64,000 nt of DNA from contig OX337232.1 of the NCBI GenBank assembly GCA_946965045.2, positions 3,472,001-3,536,000 on the forward strand, written 5' to 3'. The notes beneath the pieces are model-generated. The model ran no database searches and had not been told where the DNA came from. It saw only the letters and a program-made list of their open reading frames with translations. The position numbers and the translations under genes are program-made. Numbering within the stretch: position 1 is the stretch's first letter; every line of letters starts with the position of its first letter. Below, in pieces: positions 12,607 through 22,884 of this stretch. The stretch comes from Epithemia pelagica. Taxonomy: Eukaryota > Protista > Bacillariophyta.

Positions 12607-12618
12607 ATCTAGATATAA

Positions 12619-12811
12619 AGTAAGCAGATTACTCCCCTGTGATTTCTCATTCCTTCCTCGTCGGGCGCCCGGCTTGTCGGGAGAATGACTCGACGGGCAT
12701 ATGTCTTGTCGGGCATGCGCCCTCCTCGAACATATGCCCTTCTCGTCATTCTACCCTCCGCGCCGGGCGACCCTCCTCTAAAGGAATGAATCACCGTGAA
12801 GTAGTCTTACT
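12619..12811. repeat. About 190-bp imperfect fold-back (rod-like hairpin)
   Basis: Nested complementary blocks: AGTAAG/CTTACT, GTGATT..CATTCC/GGAATG.AATCAC, GGGCGCCCGGC/GCCGGGCGACCC, AGAATGAC/GTCATTCT, GGGCATATG/CATATGCCC. Confidence 0.8.
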
Positions 12812-12866
12812 ACAACCTTCCCTCTCCGTGAAGGGTGCAAACTTCGGTGCACACAAATCCAGTGAG

Positions 12867-14107
12867 ATTCGCCATTATTTCCCCTCCATATTGGTGAGGC
12901 GGCCAGACCAAAATCGGTCGCGTTTCGTGGACACGTGCTAGGGAGAGCTTGCTCTCAAATGGGGTGACTTTGCCAGCTCTCCAACTGCCAGCAAGCGGCC
13001 CTGCGTTGGTTGTTTCATAATTCATAATGCCGGACAAGCACACAATCCTTTTCTCTTGCCAAAGCACATCGTATCAATGACATTCCAGGTGAGCTTGATC
13101 CATTGAGGATTGCCATGACAATTACATTGCTCATGCTCACTCACACTTGTCTCTTTTGCTTGCTCTGCTCATTGGACGAGCGTCTGCTCATCTGCTGTGT
13201 CTCTGGCTCAGCAGCTAATTACTTGCCATTGTTCATTTCTGTCGAAACGAGTCCATAACTTTCATTGCATTCATCCACAGACTATAAACCTTCTTTTCTT
13301 TATTCACTAGAAATAGAACTCATGTGCTAGCCATCTATAGAGTTAAGTGCCTTCTGTATGCGTGTTGTACATCTGTTTTCTGTTTTGAGCACGTCAATGA
13401 CCCTCAGTTCCACCATGAACACACGACAGAGCAGCTCTTACACGCATCTACAGCTACGAATTGAATCATTCGCTGTATAACTCTAGATCTAGGTGCTGAT
13501 AATTGGAAGGTAGGGTGTGGAAGCAAAAACAACAATATGTTTGGTCGTTGAGAAATGATTGAGAATGATCTATCCTACAGAAGACAAAAAAGTAACCAAC
13601 CAGCCAACAATCAAACAACAAAAGAATTGCAACAAGGGGAAAGGGATAGATATTCCACTTGACCACAAGCAGCTTATTCCTACTAGTCTACGCGTACAAC
13701 ATGAGACAAAACCAAAGGATTATGCATGAACAAAAGGAAAGATTGCAGCAGTGATGAGTCAGAAGAAAGAAAAGGAGACAAGAAGATTAGAACTAAGCAG
13801 CAGTAGTGAGAAGTTAGAAGCGATTCAGCCCAGCATGATTCGTCCATGGTTCATACCTCATGTCATGTGCCTCGGTTTTGGGTTTTGTGAGAGACGCGAA
13901 CGAGAGGGTTGCCCAATTTTGTGAGGATTCGTCCTAAACAAGAAACCAAATCCGAGGAAGCTGGACGCAAGCCGACCTTGATGTAACGGTGTTGGCAATT
14001 AGAGATACTTAGAGCTACCTGGAGCAGTGGCGGGCGACATTGAAAAAGGATAGGGTTGGGGATTTGTCTGGCCGCCTCACCAAAATGGAGGGGATTTAAT
14101 GGCGAAT
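12867..14107. mobile_element. Non-autonomous TIR element, 1.24 kb, about 50-bp TIRs
   Basis: ATTCGCCATTA..TCCCCTCCAT.TTGGTGAGGCGGCCAGAC at the left end and its reverse complement at 14060-14107. Absent from the duplicate at about 3540. TSD unclear (AG, with about 6 bp of target missing). Confidence 0.8.
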
Positions 14108-15625
14108 AGATTGCTCCTTCTCTTCCCCTTTCTCGGCTCGTGTTCCTGCAATGTAACTCTTAAAATCACGATCACACAGAGTAGTAGTTGTAAAGAAATT
14201 TTTCCTTGGTTCTTCAGTCTCATTCAATCACCTCTCTCTCTCTCGGTTCAAGAAAGCGAACTTCTCATGAACAAAAGAAGGTCGCGATCTGATCACGAAT
14301 CCATCGAGACATTAACTGCTGCTTCCATAGACCATAGACATCATCCGATCAAGACAGCAAACCCTATCTTCCTCGAGTGCCCAATCCAAAAGCATGAACC
14401 AATTCATCAGGAAAGCGACCAGCCGCGACAAGATTAACAACCCCGAACTATGACCACACATCTTGAGAGAACGAACTACCAGATAGACACCAAGTCAAAA
14501 AGAAGAAATTCCTTATGTCTACTATCAAATAGCTGAAATTGATCACCCATTTGAACGTTCAGCAAGACCGTCTCTCAGGTGCATCCTCGTCCCAAAAATC
14601 TTCTGTATCAACCTCCGCCACAGGATGAATCTCCATGGACAATGTGTGGCCTTCTACTTGTGTTCCGCTATTACTAGTACTGTTCCCCGCAATCGCATTC
14701 ATCATCTCTTCCACTACTTCCTTGCCCCGATCCTGCCATTCTTGACGATTCTTGAGTGAATAATTCAAACATTCGTCACTCGAAACACCAAGCACACCAC
14801 ACTTTTTCAACTTTTTCGCCAGAGGGATAATGTAAAAGTAAAAAAAGCCAATTTCGCCTTGGTACCAATTCAACGCTGGATCTGTATCAGCCCGTCCTTC
14901 TTGGTAGGCACGGTAACATTCGTGAAAGAAGTTCTGATTCCACTTGCGGTAAATATGCCTGCACAAACGTTTCATTGGGTTAGAATAAGAGAGCGGAGAG
15001 GCGGGTACGGAAACACGACATCAACGAAATGAACGAAAGATGGCAACGTACCAATGCTGCATGGTATGAGCGACATCCGACGCCTGAATCAAGTGCTCAA
15101 TCACAATGGTCGCCTTTCGGTTCACTGTAGCCAGCGGGTCCTCTGCTTGATGCTGGTCCGAAAAGGCACTGTCCCAACGAGCATTGCGAAGGACCTTGAG
15201 CTCCTTGTCTGCAATATCTGTGGCAAGCACGGCCTGATAATTACAAGCGAGCACAAAAAGATTGAGAATTTCGATTGGCACAGGACGATAAAGGGGGTCC
15301 TCGGACAGTTGTCATCTCATACTTACCTGGACGACAAGTTGACGAAAGCGGGCAAATTCATCCTCCGTCGAGTAGATACATGCTCGCAAGTCCTTATAAT
15401 CATCACTTTGCAACAGTTTCCAGGAGAGATCAATGGAGTTCTGTTCGGCCACACTCTTTCCGCGATAGGCCGAAGCCAATGAGGCATTTTCTTCAATCAG
15501 CACAGTGTTTGGGACTCCTGTATGGTCGACATCGTGAATCAATGCAGCAAACACGAGAGAAAACTGGGTCAAAGGATCGGAGGTGATACCATAAGTATGG
15601 TCATGAAGGGTCGACTCAATGGTAT

Positions 15626-15835
15626 TGTTGAAACTCAAACAAGCCGTGCCGTAAAAGCAACTCTTTATAGGCTTATCGAACTACGTATTCTCCTTAGAAT
15701 GAGCTTCTTCTTGTTTCGTTTGCGTTGCTTTTTTTTTGCCACGTCGCTTCACCAAGATCCAATCTGCATCTTCTTTCGCCTTCTCGCCAGTCGCCTTTTG
15801 GTCGACTCCTACCGTTTCCTGATCTTGCCACAACA
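15626..15835 (-). repeat. Copia-1 3' LTR
   Basis: Direct repeat of 21509-21718; preceded on the minus strand by the purine-rich GCAAAGGAGTG. Confidence 0.96.
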
Positions 15836-18800
15836 CACTCCTTTGCGATGAGTGAAAGGGATCACTCGGAAGCACATTCATGATGGCATCACGTAGACGG
15901 TAGAATGCTTGACCTTGTAGCGGTTTGGTAAAAAAATCGGCAATCATCTCCTCAGTCGGACAGAATTGAACCTGTAGTTCTATGCGTTTTATGCAATCTG
16001 TCACATAAAAATATCGCAGGTTGATGTGCTTGGTTCGTTTTGAGCTGGATAGTCTTCCGTTCCTTTCCAGGAGTATACTACTTTGGTTATCTTGGTGTAA
16101 AATGACATCGGTCAATGGGTACCCTTGTGCCTCCAAGAAATTCTTACACCAAATGATGGATGGCAACACGTCGTGTACCCCTATGAGCTCGCACTCAGTC
16201 GAACTGCGAGCCACCAGCTTCTGCTTGTTGGATGCTGTCATGACGGCTCCTTTGCCCATGGTCATACATCCTCCTGTTTGCCCCTTCATATCGGGGTGGG
16301 TGGCGTAGGATGCATCCGCCCACCACAGGACCTTCCCATCCTGGTCACCTTCCAGACGCAGGATCAAGTCATATGTGGATTGGAGGTATGTCAACACTCT
16401 GCCAAGTTTACGGTAATCGTCCTCGTCGGGCTGTGCCACTCGTGTGCTGAGAAAATTAACTGCCATCCGTATATCGGGTCTGCCACGTTGTGCCAGATAG
16501 GCCAGTTGCATTGTGATACTGTGATACCGGTCAGCTTTATCCGGCTCCAGTTTCCGTGTGTTCTCATCTGTGTGATAAAGGTGTTTTGCAGCTGGTGATC
16601 GTGCCTTGCCTTTGAACTCCTTGGGCAAATCATCCAAGATAGTGGAGAGGTAGGAGCGCATATCCACTTGCACTACTCCATCCTCATTGTAATCGAGGAA
16701 CATACCAAGGTAGTCATGGCGTTTTCCTTCCGATACCGATATCTCTCCCAACTGTCCAAATTCGGCCTTGAGATCATTAACAAACTGATCCACGACAGCT
16801 TGGTCGACATGAGAGATCTTAAGATCATCTATATGCCATGTGACCGTTAGTTGCTTGTCTTTTACCGTTTTATTTGCCACACAGGAGTCATACGGGTTGA
16901 TTTCAAATCCCCAACTCTTTAGCACACTTGAGAGCTTTTCCCAAAATAAACGAGTGGCTCGCAAGGTACCGTAGAGTGCCTTCAACATTTCGACATATAT
17001 TACGGGCTGTCCCTTCTCGTAGGTGAGGTAGGGTTCATAAGCTGCCCGATCAACTTCTAATAGAAGTTCTGCCATGAGGCCATCCAATCTCATGTACACT
17101 TCCGGATCCATATCCGAGTGCATGAAGGCACCAGGGATGTCGGCCACCACAACGACTCGCCTCTCAAGCGCATCAATGACCGCTGTGATGAAAACAGATT
17201 CCGATGCCACTGTAGGCGAGGCTGATTGTTCCTTGTTGATGTATGATCGTTGTTTTCGGCCATCTGCGCAACCACGGCCCTTGATTTTACCACACCGTTT
17301 GCGTTTTAAAAACATGAGATATCCTAGGGCTTCCTTGATTTGATCCCAGGTTAGATCCGACTTGTGTACGGCCCGTAGTACTCCTTGATCATGTAGTTGT
17401 TGTATTTCTTTTTTGACTACAGCAACACCTTTGTCTCCAAATAGTTTAATTCCCTTTTTCATGGACATTTGGGGGGTAGCCACGTTTCCTTCAGAATTGA
17501 TGAGAAATAACACCCCGTCAAGCAGGTAACCGTCATATCGGCCACGTGGCAAAGTGTCAAGACATGCAAAGGATTGTCCGTAGCGGTGTTTGTAGCTACG
17601 TTCCCTGTTTGGTCTTAGATTGTATCGTTGGTTTTGATTGTTGTTGTCTTGATCGTTGGCGATGTCTTCGTTCTCCAAGTTCTCTTCGTTCTCCAAGTCC
17701 TCTTGTTCCTCTCCTCCGGCTAGCTCCTCTCCTACTGTATCCTCTTCATCCACAATTTCCTCCTCCTCTTCCATGATCCCTGGTTCCTCGGGCATCGGAT
17801 CGGCTAGGTTCTCACCTGCTTCCACTCCTTGGATTTCCATGTCGTCCACTCCTTGGATTTCCATGGCTTCGTTGTTCTCCTGTTGATCAACCAGGGCAGG
17901 CAGTTGATTCACCAACCACTCAATGTCGTCTGGTACTGGCTGGTTGACAGGTGGTTCTGGTTCTGGATCTGGTTCTTGATCGAGCTCTTGTTCTGGGACC
18001 TGTTGGTTTGGTTGTTCCAGTTCATCTGCAATGAGGTCGTCATCATAACGTAGATCTTCATCATGATCATCCTCATCCATATATGACTCATCATCGGCTT
18101 CATCATATATAGGATTATCGGGATCCATGAACAGGATCCTGTTATCTCGGTTCCTGAACACCAACCCAGGCTGCATCTGCTGTGCCATTGCCAGATTCTC
18201 AACTCTCGTAAGGACCTCTTGAGGCATGGGCAAAGGGGTTGCATGGTTTCTGGTGATAATGCGACCGCTGTTGAGACTCAAGAAATAGTAGCTACCTTGC
18301 CTGTTACCGGTTGGACGTAGAGCTATGGCACCCACAGTTCTTGGTGCCATAGTGTTGTCATGTTGTTCATGGCACTGCACGTACTGTCCGAACTCATAGC
18401 GACAATGTTTATTGTAATCGATGTTTTCTCCAGTCACAAGTCGTCGTGGACTCTCAGTTTGAGATATTCCCAACGGGTGAGGGAAACTGTTGAGCCAGAA
18501 CACTGCGAACTTAGCCATTTCAATCAACATGGCCTTGGGAATCTGATCGAAGGGTAAAGTGTTATACACACACCTCATTCTCTCTTTGATTGTTCGGATG
18601 TATCGCTCGATATCTCCTACGTGTTCGTCTCGTGCTGTGGGGTTGAGTAAGACTCCAAGCATCTGTAGACTCGCTTTCATGTGATCGCTCGTGAATGCTC
18701 CATCTGCCAAGACCAGTCTTGGTCGCAGGCCGCCACGGCGGTAGATGGCTATGGTGTTCTTTAATGCTTGGAGGATATTGATATCATCGGTGTTCGACAA

Positions 18801-20759
18801 GGCAGCAATGGTTCCGAAGTGTATCTTGCGTGAGGTAGTAGCCAAGAACGCAATGTTATTCACATGCAGTACGTCGATGGCGATGGTAACTTCCTTGTGC
18901 TCTTCTGCAATAGAGGGCGGGACAACATTTGTTGTATCAACGTATGGAGCCTTTCGCCTAGTTGTCTTTCCTTTCAGTGTACCAAGATCCGGACCGTACA
19001 GTAGTTTGGCACGCTTCACGTCGTTGACCGTGACTGCTGCATTGGGCAACATGTTCCCTTTGAGAATCTTGATGTAGTCTCTCGTCGACGGCCGTCCTAT
19101 TTTTGCTAACAAGGATCTAGCTGCTTTTGCACGATCAATCTCCGCTTGGGAATAACGGGCTTCGTTTTCACTAACGGTAGTTAAGAAGCTACCTTGGAGA
19201 CTCCCAGATTTCATGTAGTAGAGGCCTTCAGGACTGGCGTTGAATTTGTGTTTCAGTCTACCTGATGACCGATCATGTAGTGTAAAGTTATTGCCATTGT
19301 CACTGTTAAATTTGACTTGGAAGCGTGTTTTGGCTTTGTTTAATGAAAGGATGTTCGCTGGACATAGCTCATCGAACCAGACTATCCCATATCCGGGGAG
19401 TAATCCTTGTTGCTTCAATTTACGAGTTCCAGCGTGGCTTTGAATGGTGATTGGCTTGTCGGAGGTGTGGATGTTTTTTAAGAGTGTTTTATCATGAATG
19501 ATGTCTACAGTTGACTGGTTGTCGAGCAACAACGAGTCCGAAGGGATGGTGCTAGCCTGGGAATAAGAAGAGAAGACACATTCGGGTGAGGTTTCATGAA
19601 CATATTCTGCATCATCAGTCTGCTTGTTGTTCCCACCTCCATTACTGTTACCGTTATTTTGGCTGACCCCATCTTGACTATTCGTGATCGTAGACGTGGT
19701 ACTGTCGGTCGTGGCAGCTTCATGAGTGGCGTAGGCTACTCCAGTTGCGTTGTCAGGTTGTTGTCCTTGTGGTGTAGAATCTTGTTTGTTTTTACTCGTC
19801 ATTCGATTGTCAATTATCGCGCGAGCATCAGCTAAGGACGCTGGATATGCTGCATGCCCATCTAGAAACATGTTCTGCAAATGAGCTTCGTATTCTTTGT
19901 TCCCGCAGGAACGAATGAAGCGAATTGCAATGCAGCGTTCTTGTGCTTCCTCGATGTCTTCGGCTGTAGGTGCGTCTTCGCGTCTGTGCCCTTTGGCAAT
20001 GTACTTGACTAGGTCCGTGTCATATAGTTTCACACCGGCCTCTTGTAGCACTTTGACTTTTGCTCGGAAGACTTCGTAGTAGCTATGCAGACTTTGATTG
20101 TTGCGACGCTTTAAGGAGTAGAAGTCCTCTTTCAGCTTATTGCGTCCAACCAGCTTGTAGATTCTACCCGAATCAAACGTGAATGTCGTCTCCTTGATCA
20201 GACTAAGTAAGGCAATGCCGTCTCGGCTGCTCTTGATGGTGTTGTAGGATTCCTTGGCCTGTAATTTGTCCTTCATGAGGGGCGTACACTGGCCCCAGAT
20301 GACGCTGTACAAAGCTGCCCTGAAGTTCTCATAGGCCATCACCTGTTCTTCTCTTGCCTTGGACGCCATTTTCCATTCTTCGACTTGGATGATGTCCTTG
20401 GTATCCTTAGGAATTTGTGGCTTGTCTGGGTCCTTCAACTCCAGGTCCTCAAGGGCTTGTTGGTACTGTCGATTATGTCGGGTGAAGGTGTTGCCGACAT
20501 ATCCGATGAGGAGTTCCACGTTCCTCAAATATCGCCGCGATTGCGGATCTTCTGTGTAATCAAACGTACACTCTTTGAGGGTGGGTTCTTGCCCGTGGAA
20601 CTTGTTTGATTGTTGGCCGGTGTTTTGGCTGTGTTGTGAACGTCCTCCTCGTCCACCTCTCCCACGGCCACGTCCTCCCTGACTACCTTGACCACTGTTG
20701 CGAGAATTGGATCCAACGGTGTCGGGCCGCGCTTGAGATCCTGTTTGCGACGAAGACAT
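15681..20759 (-). CDS. Copia-1 Gag-Pol polyprotein, 1692 aa, intact
   Basis: Protease LLLDNQST; integrase core AIDVLHV...LADG...VERYIRT-like DIERYIRT; RT FLKRKRCGKIKGR, ADIPGAF, WHIDD; RNase H WADASYA, QDNQS, ADFFTK. Confidence 0.96.
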   Translation of the reverse strand: MSSSQTGSQARPDTVGSNSRNSGQGSQGGRGRGRGGRGGRSQHSQNTGQQSNKFHGQEPTLKECTFDYTEDPQSRRYLRNVELLIGYVGNTFTRHNRQYQQALEDLELKDPDKPQIPKDTKDIIQVEEWKMASKAREEQVMAYENFRAALYSVIWGQCTPLMKDKLQAKESYNTIKSSRDGIALLSLIKETTFTFDSGRIYKLVGRNKLKEDFYSLKRRNNQSLHSYYEVFRAKVKVLQEAGVKLYDTDLVKYIAKGHRREDAPTAEDIEEAQERCIAIRFIRSCGNKEYEAHLQNMFLDGHAAYPASLADARAIIDNRMTSKNKQDSTPQGQQPDNATGVAYATHEAATTDSTTSTITNSQDGVSQNNGNSNGGGNNKQTDDAEYVHETSPECVFSSYSQASTIPSDSLLLDNQSTVDIIHDKTLLKNIHTSDKPITIQSHAGTRKLKQQGLLPGYGIVWFDELCPANILSLNKAKTRFQVKFNSDNGNNFTLHDRSSGRLKHKFNASPEGLYYMKSGSLQGSFLTTVSENEARYSQAEIDRAKAARSLLAKIGRPSTRDYIKILKGNMLPNAAVTVNDVKRAKLLYGPDLGTLKGKTTRRKAPYVDTTNVVPPSIAEEHKEVTIAIDVLHVNNIAFLATTSRKIHFGTIAALSNTDDINILQALKNTIAIYRRGGLRPRLVLADGAFTSDHMKASLQMLGVLLNPTARDEHVGDIERYIRTIKERMRCVYNTLPFDQIPKAMLIEMAKFAVFWLNSFPHPLGISQTESPRRLVTGENIDYNKHCRYEFGQYVQCHEQHDNTMAPRTVGAIALRPTGNRQGSYYFLSLNSGRIITRNHATPLPMPQEVLTRVENLAMAQQMQPGLVFRNRDNRILFMDPDNPIYDEADDESYMDEDDHDEDLRYDDDLIADELEQPNQQVPEQELDQEPDPEPEPPVNQPVPDDIEWLVNQLPALVDQQENNEAMEIQGVDDMEIQGVEAGENLADPMPEEPGIMEEEEEIVDEEDTVGEELAGGEEQEDLENEENLENEDIANDQDNNNQNQRYNLRPNRERSYKHRYGQSFACLDTLPRGRYDGYLLDGVLFLINSEGNVATPQMSMKKGIKLFGDKGVAVVKKEIQQLHDQGVLRAVHKSDLTWDQIKEALGYLMFLKRKRCGKIKGRGCADGRKQRSYINKEQSASPTVASESVFITAVIDALERRVVVVADIPGAFMHSDMDPEVYMRLDGLMAELLLEVDRAAYEPYLTYEKGQPVIYVEMLKALYGTLRATRLFWEKLSSVLKSWGFEINPYDSCVANKTVKDKQLTVTWHIDDLKISHVDQAVVDQFVNDLKAEFGQLGEISVSEGKRHDYLGMFLDYNEDGVVQVDMRSYLSTILDDLPKEFKGKARSPAAKHLYHTDENTRKLEPDKADRYHSITMQLAYLAQRGRPDIRMAVNFLSTRVAQPDEDDYRKLGRVLTYLQSTYDLILRLEGDQDGKVLWWADASYATHPDMKGQTGGCMTMGKGAVMTASNKQKLVARSSTECELIGVHDVLPSIIWCKNFLEAQGYPLTDVILHQDNQSSILLERNGRLSSSKRTKHINLRYFYVTDCIKRIELQVQFCPTEEMIADFFTKPLQGQAFYRLRDAIMNVLPSDPFHSSQRSVLWQDQETVGVDQKATGEKAKEDADWILVKRRGKKKATQTKQEEAHSKENT

Positions 20760-20907
20760 TATTCAATGATGGCTAGGCTCTCGCGGTGCCTTCGATGCTC
20801 CTCGTGACGATTTGTCACTGGGTTCCAGATCTTCACAAAGTGGTAAAATGACCCGTGACGAGAGACAGTGCCTTGTAAATGGGTCCGGGGGATAGCGTCC
20901 TTGAGTT

Positions 20908-21450
20908 TTAACGGATTGAGGATCCACACGCGTGTTCCTTTCGGAATCCACTTTGGGCTACTCCTCGTTGCAAAGGGATTCTTGGGTGGTTGGTTTCAGT
21001 TTTGATTTGACCGTCTGCGGTTTCTCTAATTACGTCCACAAGGGCAACAGGAATCTCACTCTGTGGCGTCTCGACTGATGCAGCAGCTCTCGGGTCCGGT
21101 TCTTCAGGATTGGCTACTTCACTGTGTTCAGGATAGGTGGCCACACAAGTGCTTGGGAGTTGTGTTTCTTCGGCTTGCTTCGCTTCTGCCAATAAACGTT
21201 CTCGTTCTGCCTGAGTATCTTCGAAGATGATCTGCTTCCGGATCTCGCACTCGTCGTAATCGTTATCCCTGGTAATCTCCCACTGCTGTTCCAGAGCAGC
21301 GACCGCTTCGCGGTGCTGACGTTCCTTGCGACGGTGATTCTCTTGGTAACGAACTTCAACCGCACGTATACTGTCTTGTTCGGCAATAGCGAGTTCGGCC
21401 AGTTGAGTTAATAGATTCTTTACTCTTGGACTTGCTGACTTTTCGCTCAT
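20908..21450 (-). CDS. Extra ORF upstream of gag inside Copia-1 (180 aa, coiled-coil-like)
   Basis: ATG 45 nt beyond the primer site, in a different frame from gag-pol. The N-terminal half is a helical E/R/Q-rich stretch. Confidence 0.6.
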   Translation of the reverse strand: MSEKSASPRVKNLLTQLAELAIAEQDSIRAVEVRYQENHRRKERQHREAVAALEQQWEITRDNDYDECEIRKQIIFEDTQAERERLLAEAKQAEETQLPSTCVATYPEHSEVANPEEPDPRAAASVETPQSEIPVALVDVIRETADGQIKTETNHPRIPLQRGVAQSGFRKEHACGSSIR

Positions 21451-21494
21451 GCAGTGTAGTTCACGTCAAAAGATGAGTGAATGTAATGGTTATT

Positions 21495-21508
21495 TTCTAA
21501 GGAGAATA
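21495..21508 (-). promoter_or_regulatory. Copia-1 primer-binding position, complementary to the element's own LTR (21569-21582)
   Basis: Element-sense TATTCTCCTTAGAA directly abuts the LTR end; the LTR contains TTCTAAGGAGAATA, a 14/14 complement. Confidence 0.8.
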
Positions 21509-21718
21509 TGTTGAAACTCAAACAAGCCGTGCCGTAAAAGCAACTCTTTATAGGCTTATCGAACTACGTATTCTCCTTAGAATGAGCTTCTTCTTGTTTC
21601 GTTTGCGTTGCTTTTCTTTGGCCACGTCGCTTCACCAAGATCCAATCTGCATCTTCTTTCGCCTTCTCGCCAGTCGCCTTTTGGTCGACTCCTACCGTTT
21701 CCTGATCTTGCCACAACA
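21509..21718 (-). repeat. Copia-1 5' LTR
   Basis: Direct repeat of 15626-15835. Confidence 0.96.
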
Positions 21719-22884
21719 GGTATGCTCTTGCGCCGGCTCGGTCGCAAGGCCGCCGCTGTTACTGTCCCGTTTTTGAACGTATTCCAGCACAGATGGCATG
21801 ATAATCCGGGACAAGAGTTTGGTCACGGACATGGTAACATGACAGGCATGTTCAAAACTGTGAAAGTTGTTGTTCCGGTACAGATTGGCAATAGAGGTGA
21901 TAAAGGCACGAAGTTGGTTGACGACAGCGTCATCCAGTTCGACCATGAGCGGGTCATCTTGGTTTCTTGCCGCGTCGGCATCAAATTCTGGCAGCCATAT
22001 GATTTCTTTAACCTCGTCCAAACAAATCTTGCAAGGCTGCTGAGTCCACTCCAGATTCTTGTCGATAGAATCATTCGGTGCATTCGGGTGCACTTGTTTC
22101 TCCGTATTGCGTCGTGCTAGAATTTGCTTCAAAAAGCGACATAGTACATCGACCTGCCAATCAATCAAACGCATCGTCTTACTGTCTGACGAATCCAAAA
22201 AGGTGTCATTGACAGAATCCGCAGCCGTGGACAAGTGTGCATTGGATACATCGTCTTTAATATGAAGCCAAAAGGTTTGCATTCGTCCTTTTCCCTTGGC
22301 CATGACCATATCCTGACGTGCCTTGACCCAGTGTCCCTTTCCGGCAGCGATTAACAAGTCGGCAGTTTCTTTGGACATGTGAATGCGATTTCGGCGACCG
22401 GTACTTTCAATACGAGCCTGATGCAAATTTTTTTGGGTTACAACACTCCAATCGTTTGGATAGGGTTGCTCTTGCCGAGACAAGATTACACGTACCGTTG
22501 TGTTGATGGTATCTCCAAAGAGCTGGAATCGAGCACGTTCTCCTCGGAGCCCAATAACGATTTCAAGGGTTTTTCACATCGATTACTATCAAAGGGTTTT
22601 CTAGCTTTCTCTTGTTCTTCTTGTTTTCTTGTCCCTAAAAAATGCTGTATCCTCGGTATGGAAAGGAATATAATGATAATTTAATCTTCAATAGACCTAC
22701 TACTGACTGATCCTTATAGTTAGAAACTATGCTAGTAGATTAGTGAGAGGTGACTTCTCTTTTTATCACCAAGAGGAGTAGAAGAAGATGAAAAGATCTT
22801 GCTTTTGTGCTAGCTAGTAGTTCTTCCAATCCTACGTACGTGCGTGGACGGAGCAAGAGGACGGAGCCATCAACAAGGATGCTA

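Larger units (their letters stand above)
15626..21718 (-). mobile_element. Copia-1: full-length Ty1/Copia LTR retrotransposon, 210-bp LTRs, TSD GGTAT
   Basis: TGTTG...CAACA LTRs at 21509-21718 (5') and 15626-15835 (3'), differing at 2 positions seen. TSD at 15621-15625 and 21719-21723. The empty site is visible in paralogue A (about 5827). PR-IN-RT-RH order. Confidence 0.97.

Noticed and set aside
10378-12809. Helitron identity of the hairpin-bearing insertion or of 22551-24487
   Set aside because: No 5'-TC/CTRR-3' termini in an A|T target on either strand.
21495-21508. tRNA-Arg(TCT) half as the Copia-1 primer (TTCTAA)
   Set aside because: The loop-like bases would be at the 5' side of the primer, the wrong geometry for half-tRNA priming. 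The 14/14 self-match explains the site better.
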